Shown here in pieces: positions 63,646 through 64,000 of a stretch of 64,000 nucleotides of DNA (position 1 is its first letter; every line of letters starts with the position of its first letter). A model generated the notes under the pieces. The model searched no databases, was not told the DNA's origin, and saw nothing but the letters and a program-made list of their open reading frames with translations. Made by a program: the position numbers and the translations under genes. The stretch is from the sequence record PP438435.1; one strand, given 5' to 3'.

Positions 63646-64000
63646 TCACTGCACCTTGTCTTTCGCCGCGTCCTTCTCATTCGGCGACAGCTCGTTGAGG
63701 AAGGTGTCGACATCCCTCTGTGCTTTCGCCGCCTGCTCGATCTTCCGCTGCTGCTCATTGATGGCGCCGGTGAGCTGCTCGAAATTGCCGGAGCGGATGA
63801 TGCTCGCAACGCTGCTGTAGCCGCCTCGCGAAAACAGCATCTCGCCCTCAGCGACTCGCTTGCCGCCAACGCGCACCAGCCTCTGATTGGCAACTACGCG
63901 GATCGCACCGCTGACCATCTCGCGCGCCACCTCCGACCCGAAAACCTGCCCCGCCCAGCCGCACAGACGACGGATCGTCGTTTCGATGTCGATCGCGTGC
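63646..64000 (-). CDS. C-terminal fragment of a PilT/DotB-family secretion ATPase
   Basis: Frame open to the window edge: HAIDIETTIRRL...VANQRLV..GGKRVAEGEML. Confidence 0.75.
   Translation of the reverse strand, partial: HAIDIETTIRRLCGWAGQVFGSEVAREMVSGAIRVVANQRLVRVGGKRVAEGEMLFSRGGYSSVASIIRSGNFEQLTGAINEQQRKIEQAAKAQRDVDTFLNELSPNEKDAAKDKVQ

Noticed and set aside
1-64000. tRNA, rRNA, transposase, integrase or prophage genes
   Set aside because: None recognised by eye; tRNAscan or Infernal would be needed to exclude small RNAs.

Overview
GC-rich (about two-thirds GC by eye) segment of a large conjugative element, either plasmid or ICE; no rep, relaxase or integrase lies inside the window. The right third carries type IVB (Dot/Icm, IncI-like) transfer genes: DotA/TraY, the DotL/IcmO coupling ATPase, an IcmW-like adaptor, TraW/IcmX-like, a lytic transglycosylase, a PilV-like pilin and the C-terminus of a PilT/DotB ATPase. 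A frameshift-split type IA topoisomerase sits among them. The left two thirds is a dense, translationally coupled cargo region of mostly hypothetical proteins. It also holds two orphan DNA methyltransferases, topoisomerase III, an inverted AbiE pair, a HipBA-like pair, NADAR, a DUF6036 nucleotidyltransferase, stand-alone DUF262, and DUF4326, LPD7-like and DUF7007-like proteins. The most striking unexplained signals are: (1) about 30 unrelated cytoplasmic proteins end in a shared short tail (P-x-[M/L/F]-(G) or x-M-G), a candidate T4BSS export signal, which the AbiE toxin has and its antitoxin lacks; (2) a 24-27 bp palindromic box repeated at six operon heads, usually over sigma70 -10 elements; (3) a second palindrome, CTAGGCGCCTAG, at three promoter regions; (4) a perfect 31 bp inverted repeat enclosing a structured 88 bp spacer; (5) a paired DnaA-box site. 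All family assignments are from motif recognition by eye; no database searches were run.
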